Origin: Steroidobacteraceae bacterium
Lineage (GTDB): Bacteria; Pseudomonadota; Gammaproteobacteria; Steroidobacterales; Steroidobacteraceae
Reading direction: 5' to 3'
Assembly (NCBI GenBank): GCA_036501985.1
Contig: DASXZI010000020.1
Span: 11,915-75,914 of the forward strand
DNA length: 64,000 nucleotides
Position numbers and translations under genes: made by a program. This document shows, in pieces, positions 35,406 to 45,300 of this stretch (the first letter of the stretch is position 1; each line of letters opens with the position of its first letter). The notes beneath the pieces were generated by a model, which did not search any database, was not told the origin of the DNA, and worked only from the letters and a program-made list of their open reading frames with translations.

Positions 35406-36622
35406 GCGCGTCTCGCTGCCCGCTTCACCTTCCTGCGGGCGGGCATTCGTCGCACACCCCGGGCCTGCAGAGCGCCCGAGTTGAGCGCCGCCGCGGTCAC
35501 CTTCACGGCGGGATCGGCCGTGGGTCGGCCATTCTTGCGGACGAGCTGCAATTGCGCGGCCTTGGAGCCGGTCTTCAGATGTGTCGTCACGCCCACCAGT
35601 ATCGAGGAGATGCTCTGCCAGAGTGGCTCGCATTTGAAGGCCAGGGTGCCCCCGCTGCGCTTGCGCATGGAGATCGTGAAGTTGACATCCCCCACGCAGA
35701 TGAAATGCGTATCCTCACTGCGCGCGGAGATGGCGAGCTTGGCATGGTCATCGGTCTCGGGCCACGCGATGTCGAAGCCCAGGGGATTGAGGTCGATGCC
35801 TGCCATGTCCACGACGGTGTGGACCTTGTCGCTGTCGATCGGCTTGGGCATCGTGCCGTGCGTCCATGTCTCCACATCCAGATCGTCGTGCAGGGTCGGC
35901 CCGACCAGGTCGTTGTAGAAATCCAAGCCCCAGTAGCGGTTCTTGGCGATGGAGGTGAACTTGAGCCCCGCTCGGGAGGTGAGCGGCACCGATCCGGCCA
36001 CTGGAGAGTTGCCTTCCATCACCTTGCCTTCCATGAGCTGCACGCGCGGGTCATCCGCCTGGTTCACCAGATCTGCGGGCAACGGGGATGACAGGTACAC
36101 ATTCGGCTGCTGAGCCGCAAACATCTGGTTGGCGATCAGCCGGGACATATCCGCATTCTTGAGCGTAACGCACAGTAGCGTCTGCGCGTTGGGTAAGCCC
36201 GAGTTGGGAAAACCGTATTGTCCTTGCGGCGGGAACTTGGGGGTCGACTGAACGAGCCAGACCGCGGTATCGCTGTCGAAATCGAAAGCCAACACGCCCT
36301 TGGTGTGCCCCAGTGTGCCGTTGGTTTTGCCTGTGATCGGATCCTCGTCGTTATAGAAGAACCAGCCCAGATGCTGGGTCGAGGTACCCGGGCGGGTGTA
36401 CAACTGATCGAGTGTGTTCGGCAGCGCGCCGTTCTTGTTGACCAGATCGTCGGGTTTCACCAGCTTCGCATCACCACCCGAGTTCGCATCGAAATAGACG
36501 TATTCCGCCCCGGTGAGCCCGGGAATCTTCTTTCCCGCGCCGCTCTTCGCGTCTCCGGCGATCTTGTACATGAACCACCAATCCACCGCCTTGCCGTTGT
36601 TGTCCATTGCAGAGAGATTCAT
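35402..36622 (-). CDS. DNase II family (PLD-type HxK) nuclease homolog with basic C-terminal tail
   Basis: VDWWFMYK. First block FYNDEDP..GTLGHTKGVLAFD..AVWLVQSTPKFPP. Second block DDHAKLAIS..FICVGDVNFT..KRSGGTLAF. SD AGGGG lies before ATG 36622. No signal peptide. Confidence 0.8.
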   Translation of the reverse strand: MNLSAMDNNGKAVDWWFMYKIAGDAKSGAGKKIPGLTGAEYVYFDANSGGDAKLVKPDDLVNKNGALPNTLDQLYTRPGTSTQHLGWFFYNDEDPITGKTNGTLGHTKGVLAFDFDSDTAVWLVQSTPKFPPQGQYGFPNSGLPNAQTLLCVTLKNADMSRLIANQMFAAQQPNVYLSSPLPADLVNQADDPRVQLMEGKVMEGNSPVAGSVPLTSRAGLKFTSIAKNRYWGLDFYNDLVGPTLHDDLDVETWTHGTMPKPIDSDKVHTVVDMAGIDLNPLGFDIAWPETDDHAKLAISARSEDTHFICVGDVNFTISMRKRSGGTLAFKCEPLWQSISSILVGVTTHLKTGSKAAQLQLVRKNGRPTADPAVKVTAAALNSGALQARGVRRMPARRKVKRAARRA

Positions 36623-36839
36623 GGAGTTACCCCTTTTTGCGTTGACTGGACAGATGCGAGGGAGCTCATGCGTGCGCCGCAACCGGCTCCCAGTGGTTGC
36701 GGCATCGATCTTCCGAAGGCGGCGACAACGGTCGCCGAAGACGCAGCGGGCGAGATGGGCCGGCAACCGCCAAGCTACGCTGGCCCTTCGCGCTGCTCGC
36801 TCGGCGCCGGCCCTCCGCGCTAGCCTCCGTGCTGGCCCT

Positions 36840-38528
36840 CTACTTGCCCGACGGCTTTCCGACCTCGGTATCTCGCACGAACGCAGCCACGTCCTCGTGA
36901 AACTGGCGCAGAGCATCCTCGTTCAGATAGAGCATGTGCCCGGTCTCATAGTAGCGGTAGCTGATGTTGCTCTGCAGTTGGCTCGGCATGGGTAGATGGT
37001 GCATCTCGAACAGGCCGCCGAAGAACGGCGTGCCCAGATCGTAGTAGCCGCCCGCTACCAGAATCCTCATCTTCGGATTCTTTTTCATCGCATAGGCCAG
37101 ATCGAGGCTCATGCTGGTGCCGGTATAGGCAAACAGCGGTGCCGGGCTGCCGGGGCCCTGGTGGTGCCAGTCCCAGTGGAACCCAGGGATGTCGTAGAGG
37201 GAGAACTTGTAGCTGTCGCTCGCGCCGAACTTCAGATCCTCCTTCAGATACTTGTTGACCGCGGCGTAGTACGCGGGCCCGGTGGCCAGGCTCATTGGGT
37301 CGAGACCCGCCTCGGCTTCCTCGCTGCCGGGGTTCAGGTTGAGGCCCGTGAAGCGGGTATCCAATCTGCCGGTCTCGAGGCCCTGCTCACGCAGCAGGCT
37401 CTTGCAGAAAACTCCGACGTTGATCCGCAGGTCGTACCGCAGGAACTGATCGACGGTCAGTCCCGTGTACTGGTGGAGCTTCTCGGCTACCGCCTGCTTG
37501 CGCGCAGCCGTCAACTGACTGCCCTGCAGAAGGGCCGACATGTACTCCCCGAGCGCGAAGTCCTCCACCTCCTGCAAGAAGGGCAGCAGCGCGGCGGGCT
37601 GCGGGGAGAGCCGGTGATGGTAGTAGGCAGTTGCCGCATAGGAGGGCAGGACCAGCGCGTAGCCCTGGTCGACGCCGGGGTTGCCCTTGACCGCATCGAT
37701 GGAGTCGTCCATCGACAGGATGGTGGAGAGGAGAATGATCCCGTTCAGATCCACCTCGCGCAGCATCGCGGCCAGAACGGCGGTGCGAGGGGTCCCGTAA
37801 CTCTCGCCGAAAAGGTACTTCGGGTTGTTCCACAGATCGTACTTGGTCAGGAAGCGGTGAATGAATCGCTCGAACGCATGGGCGTCCTGGTCGACACCCC
37901 AGAATGCGCGCTCAGCATCACGGCCCATCACTCGACTGAAGCCGGTGCCCGGCGCATCGATGAAGACAAGGTCAGCGACGTCGAGCAGGCTGTATCGGTT
38001 CTCGACGATCGAGTAGGGACCCGCGGACTGGTGCTGGGTGTCCGGAATCGACACCCGGCGCGGGCCGAACGCGCCCATATGCAGCCATAGGCTCGCAACG
38101 CTCGGACCTCCGTTATACAGAAAGATCACGGGACGGCCTGCGGAGGGAGCTCCCGTCCGGAAGTACGCCGTATAGAAGATACGTGCCGTGGCAGGGGCAC
38201 TCTGCGGCTCGTCCGCCGGCGGTATCTTGAAACCCACGTTTGAGATCCAGCGGCCATCGGTGCCGATGAATGCGTCGATCTCGTTGGTCGAGCCAACGGT
38301 CAGCGTGCCAGCGACGGCGCGGTAGTGAATCGCGTGCCCTCCGACCGTCACAGACCCCTCGGTCACGGAGTCCGGTTCGCCGCCCTGGGTTTGGACAGCC
38401 GCCGACTCCGGATGCGCATCGGACCGCGCTACTTCCGCAATGCAGGGCAACGTCAACAGCGTTGCAAGGAACGCGAGCAGACTCTGGGTAGCTGTTCCCG
38501 TCCGATTGTTCATAAAGGCTTCTTTCAT
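36840..38528 (-). CDS. S10-family serine carboxypeptidase, secreted
   Basis: Signal peptide. Nucleophile motif LFGESYGT. About 560 aa. Confidence 0.8.
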   Translation of the reverse strand: MKEAFMNNRTGTATQSLLAFLATLLTLPCIAEVARSDAHPESAAVQTQGGEPDSVTEGSVTVGGHAIHYRAVAGTLTVGSTNEIDAFIGTDGRWISNVGFKIPPADEPQSAPATARIFYTAYFRTGAPSAGRPVIFLYNGGPSVASLWLHMGAFGPRRVSIPDTQHQSAGPYSIVENRYSLLDVADLVFIDAPGTGFSRVMGRDAERAFWGVDQDAHAFERFIHRFLTKYDLWNNPKYLFGESYGTPRTAVLAAMLREVDLNGIILLSTILSMDDSIDAVKGNPGVDQGYALVLPSYAATAYYHHRLSPQPAALLPFLQEVEDFALGEYMSALLQGSQLTAARKQAVAEKLHQYTGLTVDQFLRYDLRINVGVFCKSLLREQGLETGRLDTRFTGLNLNPGSEEAEAGLDPMSLATGPAYYAAVNKYLKEDLKFGASDSYKFSLYDIPGFHWDWHHQGPGSPAPLFAYTGTSMSLDLAYAMKKNPKMRILVAGGYYDLGTPFFGGLFEMHHLPMPSQLQSNISYRYYETGHMLYLNEDALRQFHEDVAAFVRDTEVGKPSGK

Positions 38529-38590
38529 TGCGCCCGGAACCCCCGGGGGTGTAAGGCATTGTAGCTATAGCGATGACTCCGGAGGTCTCC

Positions 38591-39394
38591 ATGAAAGCCT
38601 CAACTTGTCTGCAGGCAGCGATTGGTGCCCTATTCCTTTCGTTTTCTGCGTCCGCACTTGCGGACAATGCGGTAACCGCGCGTCCCGCCAATGTTCTTGC
38701 CGGTCCGGACGATTCCTATCCCGTGGTGGCACAGCTCGATAGCGACACGCCCGTTCAGGTAATGGGCTGTCTGGATGACTGGAGCTGGTGTGATGTTGCC
38801 TTTCAGGACAGCCGGGGCTGGATGTACGCTCCGGACATCACTTATGCCTACGAGGGCGGCTACGTACCGCTGTATTCCTATGCTCCGGCGCTGGGCATCA
38901 CGGTCGTCGCGTTTTCAGTGGACAGCTATTGGGGTCGGTACTACCACAACCGCCCCTGGTATAGCCGGCGTGAAGAATTCATGCGCCGCGGTCCCGCGCA
39001 TCATCAGCGCCCGCCCGGACCGGCCCCTCGCCACTCACCGCCACCGCGCGAAGTGGTCATGCACCGGCCTGATTCGCGTTCGGGTGGCGCGCGGCTGAGC
39101 AGCGCCGAGGCCCACCACGCGGACGCGGACCGCCGCGACGCGGATCGGCATGGCGCGTCAGTTGATCACCGAGATGCGAAGGCACCGCCGCCGCGCCCCG
39201 AGGAGCGCGCTGCACCGGCGCACCCTGAGGAGCACGCGCCGCCTGCCCATACTGAAAGCCATTCGAGACCGGCTGCAGGGTCTACGCATGAGGAAAAGCA
39301 TGGACCTGCGCCCCATGCCGCTCCGTCGAACCATGAGGAACATCCTCCCAGCCCGCAGCCGCATGAGGACAAGAAAGACCGTCCGCAGCAGTAA
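38591..39394 (+). CDS. secreted SH3-domain protein with His/Pro-rich tail
   Basis: GGAGG SD and ATG 38591. Signal peptide ending SASALA. Bacterial SH3-like segment ARPANVLAGPDDSYPVVAQLDSDTPVQVMGCLDDWSWCDV. Tail rich in H, P and E. Confidence 0.75.
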   Translation: MKASTCLQAAIGALFLSFSASALADNAVTARPANVLAGPDDSYPVVAQLDSDTPVQVMGCLDDWSWCDVAFQDSRGWMYAPDITYAYEGGYVPLYSYAPALGITVVAFSVDSYWGRYYHNRPWYSRREEFMRRGPAHHQRPPGPAPRHSPPPREVVMHRPDSRSGGARLSSAEAHHADADRRDADRHGASVDHRDAKAPPPRPEERAAPAHPEEHAPPAHTESHSRPAAGSTHEEKHGPAPHAAPSNHEEHPPSPQPHEDKKDRPQQ

Positions 39395-39456
39395 GTAAGA
39401 AGCGCCGAACTGGCGAAGATCAAGCGCGATGGCGCGACGAGGAGGCTCGGGCTGGG

Positions 39457-39512
39457 CCGCAGAGGCTCAGCCGCAGAGGCTCAGCCGCAGAGGCTCAGCC
39501 GCAGAGGCTCAG
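39457..39512. repeat. perfect 4 x 14-bp tandem repeat (CCGCAGAGGCTCAG), intergenic
   Basis: Read directly. It lies between the convergent stops at 39394 and 39523. The unit length is not a multiple of 3. Confidence 0.9.
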
Positions 39513-39522
39513 GCGCACGAGG

Positions 39523-42180
39523 TCACTGCAGGAGCTGCGCATCTCGGGTCAGCACATTATCCGATCCCAGCGAGGTGGTAAGAGACACCACCGCCTGATG
39601 CGCCGCCTGCCGCCTTTCGCGTTCGTTGCCGAGTGCGCTCTCGGTCCGAGCCAGCATCAAGGAGGCTTCGCCTACATCGGCGCTGGCAGTCGGATCGCGG
39701 GCGCGCTGTTCATCATCGCGCAGCGCTTCCTCGGCCAGATGGGCGGCATCCGAGTATCTGTGTTGTGCGAAGGAAATTCGCGCCGACCCCAGCAAGGCTC
39801 GCGGCAGCAGTACCCCTTGGCCACCCGTTGGGTTGCGCAAATTCTGCAAGGCCGGCGCCAACTCGCGTTCGGCATCCTCCATCCGCCCTTGCGCGAGTAG
39901 CAGCTCGGCGCGGGCGAGCCTCGCACGCGTTCCTTGAATGCTGCCCGAAAGCCTGCGCGCGATACCCAGTGCTTCGACGCGGTCAAGCTCCTCACTCGCA
40001 TCGCCAAACCGCCTCAGAACAATCAGTGCTTGCGCTCGCTGGGCACCCGCATACATCTGCAACAGGGCATCGCCCTCTGTCTTCGCGGTACTCACGCCCT
40101 TTTCGTACCACTGGAGGGCCTCCTCCGGACTCCCGTTGCGCAGCAAGCACGTCCCGTGCAGAACCGACATGGCCGTGATGATGCTCCGGCCGCTGGATTG
40201 CAGACGATTGACGAGATCCTGCTCACGCCGGCAGCTTTCTCTCACCTCCCCGAATCCCATCAGGCTCGAGGCGACGTTGTGGAGGGCCGTCATGGCGGCA
40301 TCGGTGTCCCCCAGACCATTGCGCTCCTCCGCGGCGAGAGCGCGCGAGACGTACTCGAATCCCTTTCTGGTATTGCCGGCCTCCTTGTAGTAGTCCGCGA
40401 TGCGCCCCAGGAGATCCGGGTAACGCACATCGTGCGTCTCATCCACTTGCTCAAGGAGGATGAGTGCCTTCTCTGCCTCACGGGTCGCTCCAGCCGGATT
40501 GCCTCGAGCGTCGACGACGTCCGCTTCTGCCTCCATGCAATCCTCGACGTAGAGCGGCTCCGCGCTGGGCACACGAGCGAGAAACGCACGCCCTTCGGCA
40601 ACCAGGGCGGCGGCCCGATCGAGATGACCCAGGTCGATCTCCGCGCCCGAGAGACTGCAATCTGATCGCGCGATCAACGGAGCGTCATTTTCTGCGACCG
40701 CGATCTCATGGGCCTTCTGCAGCAGCGCGTACTCCTTTTGCGTCAGGCCCAGATCGCCATAGCGGGCCGCCAGATTGAGCATGGCGCTCACGCGGAAGCG
40801 GGGATCGGCCGTGTAGTGCTCACTGACCAGTCGCCTGCCCGCATCGATGAGTTGCTCGGCGGTCGTCGGCTTGTTTCCAACGGTCGACATCATCAGCGTC
40901 ACGAGCTCCGCCTGTTTCTCCGCGCGTTTTGCCTGCTCGCGAAGCTGGTCCCGCTGCAGTTGAGCTGCACGCATCTGGGACAGGGCGAATGCGGTCGTGA
41001 GGATGAGCGCCACGGCAGCGGCAGAGGTACCGATCACCGCCGCTCTGTAGCGACGGACGAATTTACGGAAGCGGTAGCCGAGGAGATCGGAGCGCGCGGC
41101 GACAGGCTCATTCGCCAGATAACGCCGCAGGTCCTCCGCCAGGGCCGCCGCGGTGGCGTAGCGCTCCTGCGGCAGCTTGCGCAGTGCCTTCGATACGATC
41201 GCATCCAGATCGCCACGGAGCGATTTGCGCACGGATGGCGGCGCAGCCTCCGACAGCCGCGCCGGCTCTCGGTCGAGGGCGGAGCGGATCCGCTCCGCCC
41301 GGGTCGCTCCAACCAGTGTCAGGGGCAGGCGCTGCGCGAGCAACGCGAACAGCAGCACGCCGACCTGATACACGTCCGTGGCGGTAGAAGGCGGCTCTCC
41401 GAGGATCTGCTCGGGAGCCGCAAACTCGGGCGTAAAGGCCGAATCCTCCACGCGGGTGAGCGGCGAGTCGTCCTGAGTACCGGACTCCGCGCTCAGCAGC
41501 TTGGCGACCCCGAAGTCCAGGAGCTTCGCCTGGCCGTCGGGCGTCACCAGGATGTTGGTCGGTTTGATGTCGCGGTGGATGACCAGGTTGGTGTGCGCAT
41601 GCACCAGCGCGTCGAGCACATCCAGCAGTAGGCGGATCCGCGCTTGCACCCCGAGCGCATGCGAGTTGCAATACTCATCGATCCGCTCGCCGGGAACATA
41701 TTCCAGGATGAGATACGGACGCCCCGCCGGCGTCACGCCCGCATCGATCAGTCGTGCGATATGCGCGTGAGTGAGCCGGGCGAGCAGGCGTCCCTCGCGG
41801 CGAAATCGGTCCAGGGCGGCGGGTGAAGCCGTGTAGCTGTCGAGAAATTTGACGGCAAACTGCCCTTCGAAGCGGCCGTCACTGCGCAGCGCCAGCCAGA
41901 CTTCACCCATGCCGCCACGGCCGAGTAGGGAACGGATGGTGTACGCCCCCACCTGTGTGCCCACCTCATCGGTGGTCCGCAGAATGCTGCTCTCCAGAAA
42001 GCGCTTCGTGCGGATCTCGCGGTGCGCGGTCACGAGCTCGCGTAGAGTCTGAAGGACCTCCGGCGACTCGTGCTGCAAGCGCGACAGGTAGTGCTCCCAC
42101 TCGAGCTCGGGCAGCACAAGCAATCGATCGAGGTGCCGATCGACGGTCGCCCATTCGGGTTGGCCAGGGCGGATCTTCAC
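39523..42180 (-). CDS. membrane Ser/Thr protein kinase with TPR-like C-terminal domain (paralog of 16659..19370)
   Basis: GRGGMGEVW, AVKF, HRDIKPTNIL, DFGVAKLL, APEQ. One TM segment and an approximately 480-aa helical-repeat C-terminus. Confidence 0.85.
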   Translation of the reverse strand: MKIRPGQPEWATVDRHLDRLLVLPELEWEHYLSRLQHESPEVLQTLRELVTAHREIRTKRFLESSILRTTDEVGTQVGAYTIRSLLGRGGMGEVWLALRSDGRFEGQFAVKFLDSYTASPAALDRFRREGRLLARLTHAHIARLIDAGVTPAGRPYLILEYVPGERIDEYCNSHALGVQARIRLLLDVLDALVHAHTNLVIHRDIKPTNILVTPDGQAKLLDFGVAKLLSAESGTQDDSPLTRVEDSAFTPEFAAPEQILGEPPSTATDVYQVGVLLFALLAQRLPLTLVGATRAERIRSALDREPARLSEAAPPSVRKSLRGDLDAIVSKALRKLPQERYATAAALAEDLRRYLANEPVAARSDLLGYRFRKFVRRYRAAVIGTSAAAVALILTTAFALSQMRAAQLQRDQLREQAKRAEKQAELVTLMMSTVGNKPTTAEQLIDAGRRLVSEHYTADPRFRVSAMLNLAARYGDLGLTQKEYALLQKAHEIAVAENDAPLIARSDCSLSGAEIDLGHLDRAAALVAEGRAFLARVPSAEPLYVEDCMEAEADVVDARGNPAGATREAEKALILLEQVDETHDVRYPDLLGRIADYYKEAGNTRKGFEYVSRALAAEERNGLGDTDAAMTALHNVASSLMGFGEVRESCRREQDLVNRLQSSGRSIITAMSVLHGTCLLRNGSPEEALQWYEKGVSTAKTEGDALLQMYAGAQRAQALIVLRRFGDASEELDRVEALGIARRLSGSIQGTRARLARAELLLAQGRMEDAERELAPALQNLRNPTGGQGVLLPRALLGSARISFAQHRYSDAAHLAEEALRDDEQRARDPTASADVGEASLMLARTESALGNERERRQAAHQAVVSLTTSLGSDNVLTRDAQLLQ

Positions 42181-42369
42181 AACGCGGAAAGCTCTTCAAT
42201 CCGTAACATGCCGAGGACAGTCTATCCCTGCCTCGGAAATCGGGAAATGAGGCCTGCGCGGGCATCACCGTGCTCCGCAGCGCAGTCCATGCGGCCTCCG
42301 CCTCCTGCCCCGGCGCATGAACTGATGTAAGGTGCAGCCCTCTGAGCGCTGGGGTAGGGGAAGTCACGC

Positions 42370-45300
42370 GTGCACCGAAGAAGACCTGGAAACTGGCTCA
42401 TGGTCCTGGTGGCCCTTGGAGGGATGAGCGCAGCCATTGCATCCGCAACAGATTCCGACAAGGAGAGTGACTTCAAATTTCGTTTCGTCGGGCCCAAGGT
42501 CGGCAACCGGATTGCAGCCGCCACGGGCGTCCCGGGAGATCCGAGTACGTACTACGCCGGGGCCGCCTCGGGCGGGGTGTGGAAATCGACGGATGGCGGC
42601 AATCGCTGGGCACCGGTGTTCGACAAGCAATCGGCCGCAGCCATCGGCGCACTGGCGGTCGCGCCGTCTCAGCCAAGCACGGTCTGGGCAGGGACCGGCG
42701 AGGCGTGGGCGATCCGTGACAGCGACGTCATGGGTGATGGCATCTACAAGTCCACCGATGCCGGTCACACCTGGACCAACATGGGCTTGCCGCAGTCCGG
42801 GCGGATCGGCCGCATTGTCATCCACCCTTCCAACCCTGACATTGTCTTCGCCTGTGTGCTCGGTCGCACGACCGGGCCTCAGCAGGAGCGCGGCGTCTAC
42901 CGCACCAGCGACGGCGGCCAGCATTGGGAGCGGGTCCTGTTCGCGGGAGAGAACGTCGGCTGCTCGGGCCTGTCCATGGATCCCCACAATCCTCACACCC
43001 TGGTCGCAGGGATGTGGCAGGTGCAGATGCATACCTGGGGCGAGTTCAGCGGCGGCCCCGGCAGCGCGCTCTACATCTCTCATGATGGCGGAACCAAGTG
43101 GACCCGCATCGAGGAGCACGGCCTGCCCAGCCCTCCGGTGGGCAAGATCGACGTCGCCATCGCTCCCACCAACTCCAGGCGCATCTATGCCCTCATCCAG
43201 ACCCAAGACCAGGGCTCGGTCTGGCGATCGGATGATGCGGGGGAACACTGGAACCGCGTCAACTCCCAGCGCGCGCTGATTGGCCGTGCCGGCTACTACA
43301 TCCGGATTGCCGTCTCACCGGCGAACGAAAACGAAGTCCTGGTCGCCAACAGCTCCTTCCATCAATCTCTCGATGGGGGCGAGAACTTCCACGAGGTGCG
43401 CTGGGGCGGGGACACTCACGACATCTGGATCGACCCGACAAACGCCGCTCGCTTCGTGATCACGGATGACGCCGGAATGCTGATCACGACGGTCCACGGC
43501 CGTGGATTCCACCGCGTACATCTGCCCATCGGTCAGATGTATCACGTCGCCGTCGATGATCAGATCCCCTACTTCTTCTACAGCAACATGCAGGACGATG
43601 GAAACATGCGCGGTCCCGTCCTGCCGATCGACTCGGATGAGACCGGCTGGGACCGACACATGGGAGGCTGCGAATCCGGCTTCACGGTCCCCGATGTCGT
43701 GGACCCGAATATCGTGTGGGCCACCTGCTACGGGGACACCGTCACCCGCTGGGATACCCGCTACAAGGAAGCACATTCGGTCAGCCCCTGGAAGCACACG
43801 CTCGACTCGCCGCCGAACGATGTGCAGTACCGGTGCCACTGGACCCCGCCGCTGGCGATCGATCCCTTTGATCACAACACCGTCTACTACGGCTGCCAGG
43901 TGATCTTCCGAACGACCAACGCGGGCCAGAGCTGGTCCGTGATCAGCCCGGACCTGTCCCTGCACAATCCGGCTCACATGGTTTCCTCGGGCGGCCTGGT
44001 GGGGGACAACCTCGGCCAGTTCTACGGCGACGTGGTGTTCGCCATCGCACCGTCCGCCCTCCGGAAAGGCCTGATCTGGGCGGGTACCAACGACGGGCAG
44101 ATCTGGTACACGCAAGACGCCGGGGCCCACTGGACGAATGTCGCAAGTCACCTGCCCGGCTTGCCGCCCGGCGGGACGATCACCCGCATCGACCCATCGA
44201 CTTTCGATGCCGGCACGGCGTATGTCAGCGTCGATCTGCACCTGGAGAACAATCGCGATCCCTTCATCTACAAGACGACCGATCTCGGCAAGAGCTGGAA
44301 ACGAATCACCGGCAACCTGCCCAAAGACGAGCTGTCGTATGCGCGCACCGTGACCGAGGACCCGAACTGCCGGGGACTGTTGTTTGCGGGCACCGGCAAC
44401 AGTCTCTTCTACTCACTCGATGACGGCGGTCACTGGAGTGCGCTCAAGACCGGACTGCCGCCTGCGCCAGTGACCTGGGCCGTCGTACAGAAACGCTTTC
44501 ACGATCTGGTGATCTCCACGTACGGTCGCGGACTCTACATCCTCGACGACATCACCCCACTGGAGCAGATGGCCACGCATCACTCCCAGGCTCCCGTCGT
44601 GCTGTTCGAGCCGCGCCAGACCTATCGCTTCGTGCACGGCGGCGAGGCCATGCTCAACTTCTCGCTGGCGGCCGAGCACAAGGACCCGGTCCAACTCGAG
44701 ATTCTCGACTCGCAGGGCCACGAGGTTCGTAAGCTGGAAGGCAAGGAGCTGCCGCCCGGTATCAATCGCGTGAAGTGGGACCTGCACTACGACTCCCCGC
44801 GCGTGATCGCGCTGCGGACCCTGGCACCCGACAATCCCCGCATCTGGGAGGAGAGTCGGTTTCGCGAGGAGGACTCGAGGCCCATCACGCACTGGGGATC
44901 GAAGCCCGCCGAGGTCGGACCGATCGCGGCTCCCGGCTCGTATTCGGTTCGTCTCACCGTCGACGGCAAGTCCTACACTCAGCCCCTCACGATCCTGCGC
45001 GATCCGCGCGCCCCCGGCTCGGACGCGGACATTCAATCCTCGGTCAAAGCCCTGCTCAAGATCCGCGACGACATCAGTCACGTGTCCGATTCCGTCAACC
45101 AGATGGAGTGGCTGCGCAAACAACTCGAAGTCATCGAGGCCATGCTGCGCCCGGCGAACAAGCCGCAAAAGCACGAGGAGTCCCTCGCGGAGGAGGAGGA
45201 CGAGCCCGACTCCGAGCCCCCGCCGGCCCCACCCCGTGAGCTGAGCGACGCCGAGAAACAGGAACGTGATCAGCTCCTCAAGGCCGCACTGGATCTCGAC

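Noticed and set aside
35406-35633. N-terminal extensions offered by the ORF track: 35406..35633, 36623..36916, 56939..57226, 57967..58416, 62141..62347, 24945..25022, 16569..16658 and 3326..3373.
   Set aside because: The extensions are Arg-rich and non-homologous, and they overlap the upstream gene or intergenic DNA. Internal ATGs with SD-like sequences or ATGA/TGATG coupling give proteins that start where the families normally start.
39457-39512. Considered whether the 4 x 14-bp repeat could be a CRISPR array.
   Set aside because: The units are directly abutting with no spacers, are only 14 bp long, and no cas genes are present. It is a simple tandem repeat.
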